A program made the translations under genes and the position numbers. A stretch of DNA of 64,000 nucleotides from an uncultured Erysipelotrichaceae bacterium. GTDB taxonomy: Bacteria > Bacillota_I > Bacilli_A > RFN20 > CAG-826. The notes beneath the pieces were generated by a model that worked only from the letters and a program-made list of their open reading frames with translations, was not told the DNA's origin and made no database searches. Shown here in pieces: positions 1-8,264 of this stretch (positions are counted from its first letter, which is position 1; the number at the start of each line of letters is the position of its first letter). Where the stretch lies: positions 51,365 through 115,364 of the forward strand of contig CADCDA010000004.1 in the NCBI GenBank assembly GCA_902800025.1. Direction: 5' to 3'.

Positions 1-144
1 CCATTCTTAGCCAAATTAGTTAAACTTGATCCAGCGGTTATGTGTGGACCACTTACCACCACAACAGTTGATATTATTTCTCTTATCACATACTTCCTAT
101 TATGGACTCAAATCATCGGTCCAATAATGGGCATTGGTATTTAA
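1..144 (+). CDS. mgtE: Mg2+ transporter MgtE, C-terminal fragment (5' end outside window)
   Basis: The frame is open from the window edge to TAA at 142-144. The translation PFLAKLVKLDPAVMCGPLTTTTVDIISLITYFLLWTQIIG fits the conserved last TM region of MgtE (DPA..GP..TT..D....YF). Confidence 0.6.
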   Translation, partial: PFLAKLVKLDPAVMCGPLTTTTVDIISLITYFLLWTQIIGPIMGIGI

Positions 145-155
145 AGCAAAATAAA

Positions 156-181
156 GCCACTTCATAGAAGTGGCATTTTTT
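156..181. terminator. Bidirectional rho-independent terminator between convergent genes
   Basis: Hairpin gccacttc-ata-gaagtggc (156-174) followed by a T-run, with an A-run on the other side. Confidence 0.6.
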
Positions 182-1328
182 ATTCGTATAATTTGTAATT
201 AGGAAGTTCTTCCCATTTTGGATGAGCTTCAATTACTTTATCTAATGCTTCGTTAAATAACACTAGTTCGTTATGTCTTCTGTTTGCAGGGACATTTTTA
301 TACGCTCTAACGACTTTCTTTAAAGCAAGCATTACTTCGCTTTGTGAACCATCGAGTAATCCTGCTGTTAGAATATATGTTCTAATAACTGGCATTGTGG
401 ATTCGTTAGCAAGATCTCTTCTCATTGAGAATGAAACTTCATTTTCATAATACTCGTCAATCTCTTTTTTATCCTTAGACATAATATAGGCAAATATGTG
501 TTGTGACTTAGTTTCAAACATTACACGGCTTGAGCATTCTTTTTGATGTTCATCAATCTCATTAAGTAAAGAGAACGCTTCGTCGTATTTCTTTTCCGCT
601 AATAGAGCACACACTTCGTTTAAAGCTGACTCAGGAATGAATTTAGCCGGTTTCTTGCTGGTTTCTTCTTCTTTTTTAACGTTGACGGTTAGAATTTCTC
701 CTGCGTTTTCAGCAGCGAGTCGATCGTTAAATCCAACGACATCTCCTTTGATTTGAGATAATCGATATCCATCAGTGGTTGAATCAAGCTTTGTTGGGAT
801 AATGTTATAAACAAGTACAAGCGAAGCGATGACTGCGCATGTTAAGAAAGCGTATCCAATATCTGAATCAAAGCCTTTGTTGTCTTTGAAAGTGAAGAAA
901 AGGAATATACACGCTGCAATCCACGCGACATTAAATACTGTTCCATATAATAAATATGGATATGGATTTGGATTTTCTTTTTTCTCATAGTTAGGAACGA
1001 TTTTTGTTTCTCCAGTAAGACCATCAAAGTTTGCAAACTTGGCCTTGTGCTTTCCGTCCTTATTTAAATAAATGGTGAAATAGAATAAGCACCAAGACAT
1101 TATTCTATATCCGCCTGTCTTTGCACCAAGTAAATGACCTAATTCGTTGAGAAGTCCGCTTGCAAAGACACCAATTAAAACTGACACAATGATATAAACA
1201 GCATAAAGGAACACTGTTTTAATGCCTGAGTGTGCATAATGTGTTTGTAAAACAGTAAAGCCATAGATAATTGCTACAGCGAAGACTAATAAATAGATTA
1301 AGATTCCAATAATATTTTCTTTTTTCAT
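180..1328 (-). CDS. Site-2-protease (M50)-like membrane protein with a degenerate metal site and a C-terminal helical soluble domain
   Basis: 382-aa ORF. The N-terminal half is multi-TM and carries LNELGHLLG (HExxH position, first His replaced by Asn) and NIIPTKLDSTTDG (NxxPxxxLDG-like second S2P motif). The C-terminal ~170 aa are hydrophilic and helical. Confidence 0.5.
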   Translation of the reverse strand: MKKENIIGILIYLLVFAVAIIYGFTVLQTHYAHSGIKTVFLYAVYIIVSVLIGVFASGLLNELGHLLGAKTGGYRIMSWCLFYFTIYLNKDGKHKAKFANFDGLTGETKIVPNYEKKENPNPYPYLLYGTVFNVAWIAACIFLFFTFKDNKGFDSDIGYAFLTCAVIASLVLVYNIIPTKLDSTTDGYRLSQIKGDVVGFNDRLAAENAGEILTVNVKKEEETSKKPAKFIPESALNEVCALLAEKKYDEAFSLLNEIDEHQKECSSRVMFETKSQHIFAYIMSKDKKEIDEYYENEVSFSMRRDLANESTMPVIRTYILTAGLLDGSQSEVMLALKKVVRAYKNVPANRRHNELVLFNEALDKVIEAHPKWEELPNYKLYE

Positions 1329-1331
1329 AAT

Positions 1332-2507
1332 TTAACGCATACAGGAATTATATATAATTCTCGCAACTTCTGCATCCATATCTTTTCCGTGATGCGGAAC
1401 AACTTTAGTTCCTCCATCAGTCATATTATCCACTAAAGCGTCGATATCATCTTCTTTAATGCCGAGTTCAGCGAGGGTTGAAGGCATTCCTAGAGCCTTG
1501 AAATATTCTTCGATTTTATGAATTGTAGCTAACGCCATTTCATTTTTATCTTCCATATGAAGATTAAACACTCTTTCTCCTAGCTTGCAGAACTTTTCAA
1601 TATCATATTTATAATAATATTTCGCCCAAGCAGGCCATAAAACCGCAAGCCCACATCCGTGTGCAACGTGTTCAAACATTCCACTAACAGGGTGTTCTAA
1701 TTTATGAACAAACATTCCATGTGGTTTACCAATACTTGTGATTCCGTTATGTGAGTAACTACTCGCGAGCATAATGCGTGCGCGATACTCATAATTATTA
1801 GGATTGTTATAACAAAGTAAACCAACATCAAAGACGTTCTTGATAAGTCCTAACGCAAACTCATCTGCAAGCATATATTCTTCACTATAGGAGAAATATC
1901 TTTCAAATGAGTGCATAATAATGTCCACTATTCCATAAGCTGTTTGTTCTTTGCTTACTGATTTAGTTAAGTCAGGATTTTCAATCGCAAAGACAGGTCT
2001 AATAAGATCGCTATTAAATCCCATCTTAATATTTGTTTCATCATCTTGAACAACACACGAACTCGATAATTCACTACCAGCTGCTGAGATTGTCAAAATA
2101 ACCCCAATTGGTAAAGCGTGGTCTGGGGTAAGTCTATGATAATTAAAATCACGAACATCGCCATCATGATCATAATTAACAGCGATACATTTTGCGGTAT
2201 CTATAACGCTTCCACCACCTATTGGTAGGATAAATTGAACATTATTTTCTCTTACGAGCTTTACACCTTCTTCAACTAGATCAAAAGTTGGATTTGCTCT
2301 CACTCCTTTGAGCAAAACATATTCAATTTTTTCTTCAGTTAAAGCTTTAACCACTCTTTCTAAAAGTCCACTTTTGATGACTGAATTCTTACCAATGACG
2401 ATAAGAATTTTATCAATTTTAAGACCTTTTAAAATACGGCCGACTTCTAGTTCCCAATCGTGGCCGAAGTAAATTTTTGTTGGAGAGCAAAATTCAAAAT
2501 TTTTCAT
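1332..2507 (-). CDS. Iron-containing (group III) alcohol dehydrogenase
   Basis: 391 aa. Contains the GGGSVIDTAK nucleotide-binding motif and His-rich metal-site segments (HSFERY, HKLEHPVSGMFEHVAHG) typical of the Fe-ADH family. Confidence 0.85.
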   Translation of the reverse strand: MKNFEFCSPTKIYFGHDWELEVGRILKGLKIDKILIVIGKNSVIKSGLLERVVKALTEEKIEYVLLKGVRANPTFDLVEEGVKLVRENNVQFILPIGGGSVIDTAKCIAVNYDHDGDVRDFNYHRLTPDHALPIGVILTISAAGSELSSSCVVQDDETNIKMGFNSDLIRPVFAIENPDLTKSVSKEQTAYGIVDIIMHSFERYFSYSEEYMLADEFALGLIKNVFDVGLLCYNNPNNYEYRARIMLASSYSHNGITSIGKPHGMFVHKLEHPVSGMFEHVAHGCGLAVLWPAWAKYYYKYDIEKFCKLGERVFNLHMEDKNEMALATIHKIEEYFKALGMPSTLAELGIKEDDIDALVDNMTDGGTKVVPHHGKDMDAEVARIIYNSCMR

Positions 2508-3058
2508 ACATTTTCCGCCGATTTGATTGCTTTTTGGACATTTTTTTCGAAGTTTTTAGGCTCAATAAAGTTAAAACTGTTAAGTAGTCCAACCAATGTT
2601 TTGTTTCTATAGTTTGATAAGTAATAGACTGTTGAGTTCCCATAACCGTAAGCGTAGAATCTTGCGATTGATTTTCTAGTGGCTAGTGATAATTTTTTCT
2701 CATTATCAAGCTTAGAAATGAAACGGAGTCCCGATGTATAGAAAACATTATAGATAAACTCGTAAAAGAGTTCTTTTCCACTACTATTTATAGTGGCATT
2801 TATGAACGCTTCATTATGCTTATAGTAGTTAAAAACGCATTCTATTAATGCACGATAATCTTCAGCGTTGGCCGCTCCTTGAATTCTCTCTTCAAGAAAA
2901 ACCTGAGTGAGTAAATCATAGATATCATGATAGTGATAATAGAATGTTTTTCTACTGATGTCACATTTTTTGGACAACTCTAAAACAGATATCGTATCAA
3001 TTGGTTGATGCGCCATCATATCTTTTAGAGTTACCGCCAAAGCATGTTCTGTTTTCAT
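2504..3058 (-). CDS. TetR/AcrR-family transcriptional regulator (DhaS-like subgroup)
   Basis: 184 aa. N-terminal HTH (ISVLELSKKCDISRKTFYYHYHDIYDLL) characteristic of TetR regulators. The gene overlaps both neighbouring genes by 4 nt. Confidence 0.75.
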   Translation of the reverse strand: MKTEHALAVTLKDMMAHQPIDTISVLELSKKCDISRKTFYYHYHDIYDLLTQVFLEERIQGAANAEDYRALIECVFNYYKHNEAFINATINSSGKELFYEFIYNVFYTSGLRFISKLDNEKKLSLATRKSIARFYAYGYGNSTVYYLSNYRNKTLVGLLNSFNFIEPKNFEKNVQKAIKSAENV

Positions 3059-3060
3059 AA

Positions 3061-3963
3061 TTATTTAATCTTGCAATATTCCTTTGCAACTTCACTACCT
3101 ACGGCAGCGTTGTTTAACACTAACTTGATGTTACTTTCTAATGAATCTCCACCTGTGAGTTCAACAATTGTTTTGAGCAAGAACGGAGTACATTCTTTTC
3201 CTTTAATGCCTTCTTCATCCATTTTCTTTAATGCAGTAGCTATCGCATTATCGATAACATCTTTTGGCATTTCATATTGTTCTGGAATTGGATTTGTTAA
3301 TAGAATTCCACCAACAAGGCCATTCTCTCTTTTTGCTTTAATAATTCTCGCCATTTCTTCTGCACTATCGACTTTATAGTCGATTTTTAATCCAGAATGT
3401 GAATTATAGAAAGCTGGAAGTTCTTCGGTTTTATATCCTAAAACAGGAACCCCCATTGTTTCTAAATATTCAAGAGTAAGTGGTAAATCCAAAATTGCTT
3501 TTGCTCCAGCACATACAACTGTTACATTAGTTTTTGCTAATTCTTGTAAGTCTGCAGAAATATCAAATGTTTCTTGAGCGCCTCTATGAACACCACCAAT
3601 ACCACCAGTGACAAACACTTCTATTCCGGCTTGATTAGCAATGATCATTGTGGTAGCAACTGTAGTTGCACCCCATAGTTTTTTAGCGTATACAACCGGT
3701 AGATCTCTACGAGATACTTTTAATACACCTTTTCTTTTTCCAAATTGTTCGATTTCTTCAGGCGTCATACCGACGATTGGTTCACCATCAATAATTCCAA
3801 TTGTGGCAGGTATAGCACCATGATCTCTAATTACTTGTTCAACTTCCAAAGCAGTCTGAACATTTTTCGGATAAGGCATGCCATGTGAAATAATTGTGCT
3901 CTCTAATGCAACAACTGGTTTGTTGTCTTTCAAAGCTTTTAAAACTTCTGGATTAATTTTCAT
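3061..3963 (-). CDS. psuG: Pseudouridine-5'-phosphate glycosidase
   Basis: 300 aa. Contains VALESTIISHGMPYPKN and TGGIGGVHRG, hallmark motifs of PsuG/YeiN (indigoidine synthase A-like family). Confidence 0.9.
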   Translation of the reverse strand: MKINPEVLKALKDNKPVVALESTIISHGMPYPKNVQTALEVEQVIRDHGAIPATIGIIDGEPIVGMTPEEIEQFGKRKGVLKVSRRDLPVVYAKKLWGATTVATTMIIANQAGIEVFVTGGIGGVHRGAQETFDISADLQELAKTNVTVVCAGAKAILDLPLTLEYLETMGVPVLGYKTEELPAFYNSHSGLKIDYKVDSAEEMARIIKAKRENGLVGGILLTNPIPEQYEMPKDVIDNAIATALKKMDEEGIKGKECTPFLLKTIVELTGGDSLESNIKLVLNNAAVGSEVAKEYCKIK

Positions 3964-4094
3964 ATATGCTCCTATAAATATAATATTTATGTCGTTCGTA
4001 TCTATTATATTACTCTATTTAGTCAGTGTCCCAATTTTTCATAAAGATTTTTTTGTTTTACACTTTTCATATATAAAAAGTATAAGATAGATAT

Positions 4095-6713
4095 ATGAAA
4101 CATCTGACAAAGAGTGTCGAAGATATTACTAGATACAAGCCTTCGATAGAAGAAGGATTATCTAACGAAGAAGTTAATAAAAGAAAAGAGAAAGGCCTTT
4201 TTAATATTGCAAAAAGCCCAACCAACAAATCTTATCTTCAAATTATTATTGGTAACATTTTCACATTCTTTAATATCCTAATGTTCGCGGTTGCAATTTT
4301 GCTCTTACTATTAGTAGGACCAAAAGTTGTTACCAACTTAATGTTCTTGGGAATTATTATATGCAATCTATTGATTGGCACTATACAAGAATGTAAATCA
4401 AAACACACGATTGAAAAATTAAAACTTCTTAACGATAGCAAAATAAAAGTAAAACGTGGAGGGCAAGAATTAGACATTCTTCCTTCTGAGATTGTATTAG
4501 ACGATGTTGTTATCCTTGGACCTGGAGATCAAATCCCAGTAGACGGCTTTATTCTTGGCACTGATATTATTGAAGTTAATGAATCACTATTAACAGGAGA
4601 ATCTGTCCCAGTTAAAAAGACTAAGGGAGATACATTATACGCAGGTTCTTTCGTGGTTTCTGGCAATAACTGTATCATTGCAGACAAGATTGCAAACGAT
4701 ACGTATATTCAATCTATTGAGAGTAAAGCCAAAGCATCAAAACAACCAAAATCCCGTTTGATGGTTGCTATTAATAAAATTATTAGAACAATGGCCTTTA
4801 TCGCTATTCCTTTAGCAATTGTTGTTTTCCTAAACGAATTTTTACACGGCGTTAAAGTAATTAATAGCGATACCCCAATCTTCCCATCTTTCTGGGGGCA
4901 AGAAAGCGCGATGACTAACGCAGTGTTTTATGGTGGAACCACTATCGCATATATGATTCCTTGTGGTATGGCCTTGCTCGCTTCTGTTGCAATGGCGACA
5001 GGTGTTGTCAAACTCGCTAATAGCAAAACACTTGCACAAAACTTATATTCTGTTGAGCTCCTTTCAAGAGTTAACACCTTGTGTTTAGACAAGACAGGAA
5101 CACTGACAGACGGAACAATGTCAGTAGAAAGCTATGAAATTATTGATAAATCAATAAATGATGATGAACTTAAAAATCTTATCAGCGGATATTTAAGTGC
5201 ATTTAAATCCAAAAACCAAACCTCCATTGCGATGGAAAATAAATTTGGTAAGAACAAACTTTACGAAATTAAAGAAACCATTCAATTTTCTAGTTCTAGA
5301 AAATACTCAGCGGTTAAATTTGAAAAGCTTGGCTGGTATGCTTTAGGCGCTCCTGAATATCTCACCGGTGACCAATCAATTCTTAATAGAGTAAATGAAT
5401 TCGCTAAGAACGGTTTAAGAGTCGTCCTCTTAGCGAAGATTAATGAAGAATTCGCTAATGAAGACATGCTTCCAGGAAAAAGAAGTAATGTCGCGATGTT
5501 TATTATTAGAGACACAATTAGACCAGAAGTATATGACACGATGAAATGGTTTAAAGAAAACGATGTTGATATCAAAGTCATTTCTGGTGATAACATTGGT
5601 ACCGTTAGTTATATTGCAAAGCAATCTGGTATTGAAAATTGGGATAAATGTGTCGATATGAGCAAAGTCACAGAAAAAGATGACTTTGAATCAATTGTTA
5701 TGAATAACGCTATTTTTGGTAGAGTGTCTCCAGATCAAAAGGCAGATATTATTGCTGTTCTTAAAAAGAACGGACGCATTACAGGTGTTACTGGCGATGG
5801 CTTAAATGATTTATTAGCCTTTAAACAAGCTGATTGTTCTATCGCTCTCGCTAATGGTGCGGCCGCAACTAAAAACGTTGCCAATCTAATTCTATTAGAT
5901 TCAAATTTTGCAAATATGAAGGAGGCTGTCTTCCAAGGAAGACGTGTTGTTAACAACATTCAAAGATCTTCTACGTTGTTCGTGATGAAAGATTTCTTGT
6001 GGCTATTTATCACATTAATGCCAATCTTCTTAGGTTTAACTCATATTATTCAACCAACAGTCATGTCGGTTGTTAATATCTTTATTACTGGTATCGCATC
6101 GGTGTTTGTCGCCTTAGAACCAGACAAAACCAGATTCAAAGGTAACTTTTATAAAAAGGTTGTCGAAAACGCGATTATATCAGGTTTCTTTATGTTTATT
6201 CCTGTGCTTGCAATTATGCTTTATTGCTTGTTATCTCAAATAATTCTCAATCAAACTTACGATTTGAACTTGCTTAAAACAGTTTTTGAAAACGGAGAAA
6301 TAGTCTCATTCGGTTGGGTTCCTACAATGTCGCTTTGCGTCACGGTTGCAGGCTTTGTAATCTTCTTTGAAAATTGTCGCCCATTTACCAATTTTAGGAA
6401 AATCTTATTTGGCTCCACTCTCGCATTCGTTCTTCTTGTTTTATATTTGATTCCAGAATTCTTTATCGTTAGCGGAACCGATATGCTTAAATACGCCGCC
6501 AACAATAAAATAGCAAATATCTTCATTTATGAAGTTAACCATTTAGGACCAAACGCTCAATTTGCGCTTTATCGTACGATGAATACTGAGCAGTGGGTCT
6601 TCTTACTCATATTTACCGTTCTCTCTTATCCGCTTTATTTAGGCAACAAAAAACTTACCGGATTTGTTCTCGATAAGTTATTATTCTCTGAAAGAGAATT
6701 TAAAGACGAGTAA
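4095..6713 (+). CDS. Cation-transporting P-type ATPase (P2-like, Ca2+/Mg2+ type)
   Basis: 872 aa. Has the TGES actuator motif, the DKTGTLT phosphorylation site, the GDGLND hinge motif and about 10 TM segments. Confidence 0.85.
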   Translation: MKHLTKSVEDITRYKPSIEEGLSNEEVNKRKEKGLFNIAKSPTNKSYLQIIIGNIFTFFNILMFAVAILLLLLVGPKVVTNLMFLGIIICNLLIGTIQECKSKHTIEKLKLLNDSKIKVKRGGQELDILPSEIVLDDVVILGPGDQIPVDGFILGTDIIEVNESLLTGESVPVKKTKGDTLYAGSFVVSGNNCIIADKIANDTYIQSIESKAKASKQPKSRLMVAINKIIRTMAFIAIPLAIVVFLNEFLHGVKVINSDTPIFPSFWGQESAMTNAVFYGGTTIAYMIPCGMALLASVAMATGVVKLANSKTLAQNLYSVELLSRVNTLCLDKTGTLTDGTMSVESYEIIDKSINDDELKNLISGYLSAFKSKNQTSIAMENKFGKNKLYEIKETIQFSSSRKYSAVKFEKLGWYALGAPEYLTGDQSILNRVNEFAKNGLRVVLLAKINEEFANEDMLPGKRSNVAMFIIRDTIRPEVYDTMKWFKENDVDIKVISGDNIGTVSYIAKQSGIENWDKCVDMSKVTEKDDFESIVMNNAIFGRVSPDQKADIIAVLKKNGRITGVTGDGLNDLLAFKQADCSIALANGAAATKNVANLILLDSNFANMKEAVFQGRRVVNNIQRSSTLFVMKDFLWLFITLMPIFLGLTHIIQPTVMSVVNIFITGIASVFVALEPDKTRFKGNFYKKVVENAIISGFFMFIPVLAIMLYCLLSQIILNQTYDLNLLKTVFENGEIVSFGWVPTMSLCVTVAGFVIFFENCRPFTNFRKILFGSTLAFVLLVLYLIPEFFIVSGTDMLKYAANNKIANIFIYEVNHLGPNAQFALYRTMNTEQWVFLLIFTVLSYPLYLGNKKLTGFVLDKLLFSEREFKDE

Positions 6714-6719
6714 TTTTTC

Positions 6720-7178
6720 TTATTTTAATCTTTTATTTTTAAAGTATTCTTTAACAATGTTGGAGCATTCTTCTTTTAACACTCCGCCTTCGATGTGAGG
6801 ATAGTGATTTAGGTTTTTGATATTATCAAACTCTATTACAGAAATTGCTGCTCCACCTTTTGGATCTTCGCTTCCATAATAGACATTTTTTATATGAGAT
6901 TGATATATAGCACCCATACACATTAAGCATGGCTCAATTGTGACATATAAATCGCAATCAACAAGTCTCCAACTTTTAAGTTTTTTATTCGCCTTTCTAA
7001 TTGCTTCCATTTCTGCATGAGAAGAAACATCGTTTTTACTTTCACGATTGTTGTGCCCTCTAGCGATTATTTGATTGTCTTTAACAATTACGCAACCAAT
7101 TGGGACTTCGTCTTTCTCTTTGGCCTTATTCGCTTCTAATAAGGCTCTTTTCATAAAATATTCTTTCGTGTGTTTCAT
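6720..7178 (-). CDS. tadA: tRNA-specific adenosine deaminase
   Basis: Zinc motifs HAEMEAI and PCLMCMGA. I chose the start at MKHTKEYFMKRALLEA (7178) because the longer ORF (7196) would overlap the 3' end of the SRP RNA, and because TadA N-termini align from this point. Confidence 0.85.
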   Translation of the reverse strand: MKHTKEYFMKRALLEANKAKEKDEVPIGCVIVKDNQIIARGHNNRESKNDVSSHAEMEAIRKANKKLKSWRLVDCDLYVTIEPCLMCMGAIYQSHIKNVYYGSEDPKGGAAISVIEFDNIKNLNHYPHIEGGVLKEECSNIVKEYFKNKRLK

Positions 7179-7183
7179 ATAAT

Positions 7184-7268
7184 AAAACCGCCGCACATGG
7201 ATAAGATACTTAAGGCTGCTACATTCCTGTCCTGACCTGGTTCATAGTTAACCATCGCGACGGCAAAG
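7184..7268 (-). ncRNA. ffs: Small (4.5S-type) signal recognition particle RNA
   Basis: The minus strand reads GCCGUCGCGAUGGUUAACUAUGAACCAGGUCAGGACAGGAAUGUAGCAGCCUUAAGUAUCUUAUCCAUGUGCGGCGGUUUU. It contains the conserved domain IV core CCAGGUCAGG-ACA-GGAA-UGU-AGCAGCC (GGAA tetraloop). The 5' and 3' ends pair into a long hairpin, the RNA ends in a U-run, and a TATAAT lies 6 nt upstream of the predicted 5' end. Confidence 0.75.
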
Positions 7269-7371
7269 TTATTATATACGAATAACAATCTATAATTAAA
7301 TAATTATTGTCATAAAAACGATAAATGTATATAATCACTATTGCTAGTTTCTTAAAAAAGAAATTAGAAAT

Positions 7372-7447
7372 GGGTCTATAGCTCAGTTGGGAGAGCACCT
7401 GATTTGCATTCAGGGGGTCGAGAGTTCGAGTCTCTTTAGATCCACCA
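7372..7447 (+). tRNA. tRNA-Ala (anticodon UGC)
   Basis: 76-nt cloverleaf. The acceptor stem GGGTCTA/TAGATCC has the G3:U70 alanine identity pair, the anticodon loop is TTTGCAT, the T-loop is TTCGAGT, and CCA is encoded. Confidence 0.95.
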
Positions 7448-7452
7448 AACAT

Positions 7453-7529
7453 GGCTGAGTAGCTCAGTTGGCTAGAGCAGAGAGTTCATACCTCTAAGGT
7501 CGGCGGTTCAAATCCGTCCTCAGCTACCA
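7453..7529 (+). tRNA. tRNA-Met (anticodon CAU; elongator-like, Ile2/lysidine type not excluded)
   Basis: 77-nt cloverleaf with anticodon loop TTCATAC, T-arm GGCGG-TTCAAAT-CCGTC and encoded CCA. It resembles Bacillus elongator tRNA-Met. Confidence 0.85.
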
Positions 7530-7546
7530 AATAAGAATTGAAAACT

Positions 7547-7570
7547 TCCTTGTTGTACAAGGATTTTTTA
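7547..7570 (+). terminator. Rho-independent terminator of the tRNA pair
   Basis: Stem tccttgt/acaagga (7547-7553 and 7557-7563) followed by TTTTTT. Confidence 0.7.
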
Positions 7571-7653
7571 TTACATAAAATAGTGTTGATTTTATTGCAG
7601 TAATATCAGTATCGTGCCTAGTTAGCGGCACTATTTGTTTGTGGTGCAATTTA

Positions 7654-7746
7654 ATGATTTGGACGATTGTTCTTTTAACGCTTGGAGTTATTCTATTAAT
7701 TCTTTCGTTGATGCCTTATAGATTTAAATCAGACAACAAAAAATAG
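7654..7746 (+). CDS. Possible 30-aa hydrophobic micro-protein (MIWTIVLLTLGVILLILSLMPYRFKSDNKK)
   Basis: ATG at 7654 and TAG at 7744-7746. It has one predicted TM helix plus a basic tail, and lies between two terminators in an otherwise unassigned 250-bp gap. The frame stays open upstream to 7579 with no clear SD. Confidence 0.25.
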   Translation: MIWTIVLLTLGVILLILSLMPYRFKSDNKK

Positions 7747-7770
7747 AAGCATAATGCTTCTATTTATTTT
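7745..7770. terminator. Bidirectional terminator (small ORF / desulfoferrodoxin)
   Basis: Hairpin agaagca-taa-tgcttct (7745-7761) flanked by T-rich and A-rich runs. Confidence 0.5.
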
Positions 7771-7777
7771 GCTTTAC

Positions 7778-8149
7778 TTATTTACTCGCGTATAAGCCGT
7801 GCAAGTTACAATATTCAATAGCTCGAACAACTTTTTCGCCTGGGAGAAGAGCAAAGAACGCTTCTGGTTTTTCTCCTGGTTTAAGAGTCTTTCTTTGATT
7901 GCCTCTATCTGTTTCAATTGCAATCCATTGAATGTAATGGGCATCCATCATTGGGTGTTCAACTTCACCAACGATAACATGAGCAATATTTCCTTCAATT
8001 TTAACGACTGGAATATGTTTTTCGTGCGCACCATCTTGGGTATTTGGCGCTAATTCTTCCATTGCTTCGCCACAACAAATTGTTGGAACTTTTCTTTCTT
8101 CAACAACTGCGATAATCTTTCCGCAGTGTTTACACCTAAAAAATTTCAT
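7778..8149 (-). CDS. dfx: Desulfoferrodoxin (2Fe superoxide reductase)
   Basis: 123 aa. N-terminal desulforedoxin-type site CKHCG...CCG, then the centre II ligand pattern (HIPV, HPM, H...CNLHG). Confidence 0.85.
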   Translation of the reverse strand: MKFFRCKHCGKIIAVVEERKVPTICCGEAMEELAPNTQDGAHEKHIPVVKIEGNIAHVIVGEVEHPMMDAHYIQWIAIETDRGNQRKTLKPGEKPEAFFALLPGEKVVRAIEYCNLHGLYASK

Positions 8150-8264
8150 TTTAAAACCACCTTTATACTTTAATTATATATGCTTACATCATATTTTTTG
8201 CTATTAGAATTTTAATTATACTAATGTTGCAATTTATACGCGTGAGTGTGGTAGAATAAACAAT

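Noticed and set aside
7219-7452. 77-aa ORF on the minus strand.
   Set aside because: It runs antisense through tRNA-Ala and through the SRP RNA, so it is an artefact of open frames over structured RNA genes.
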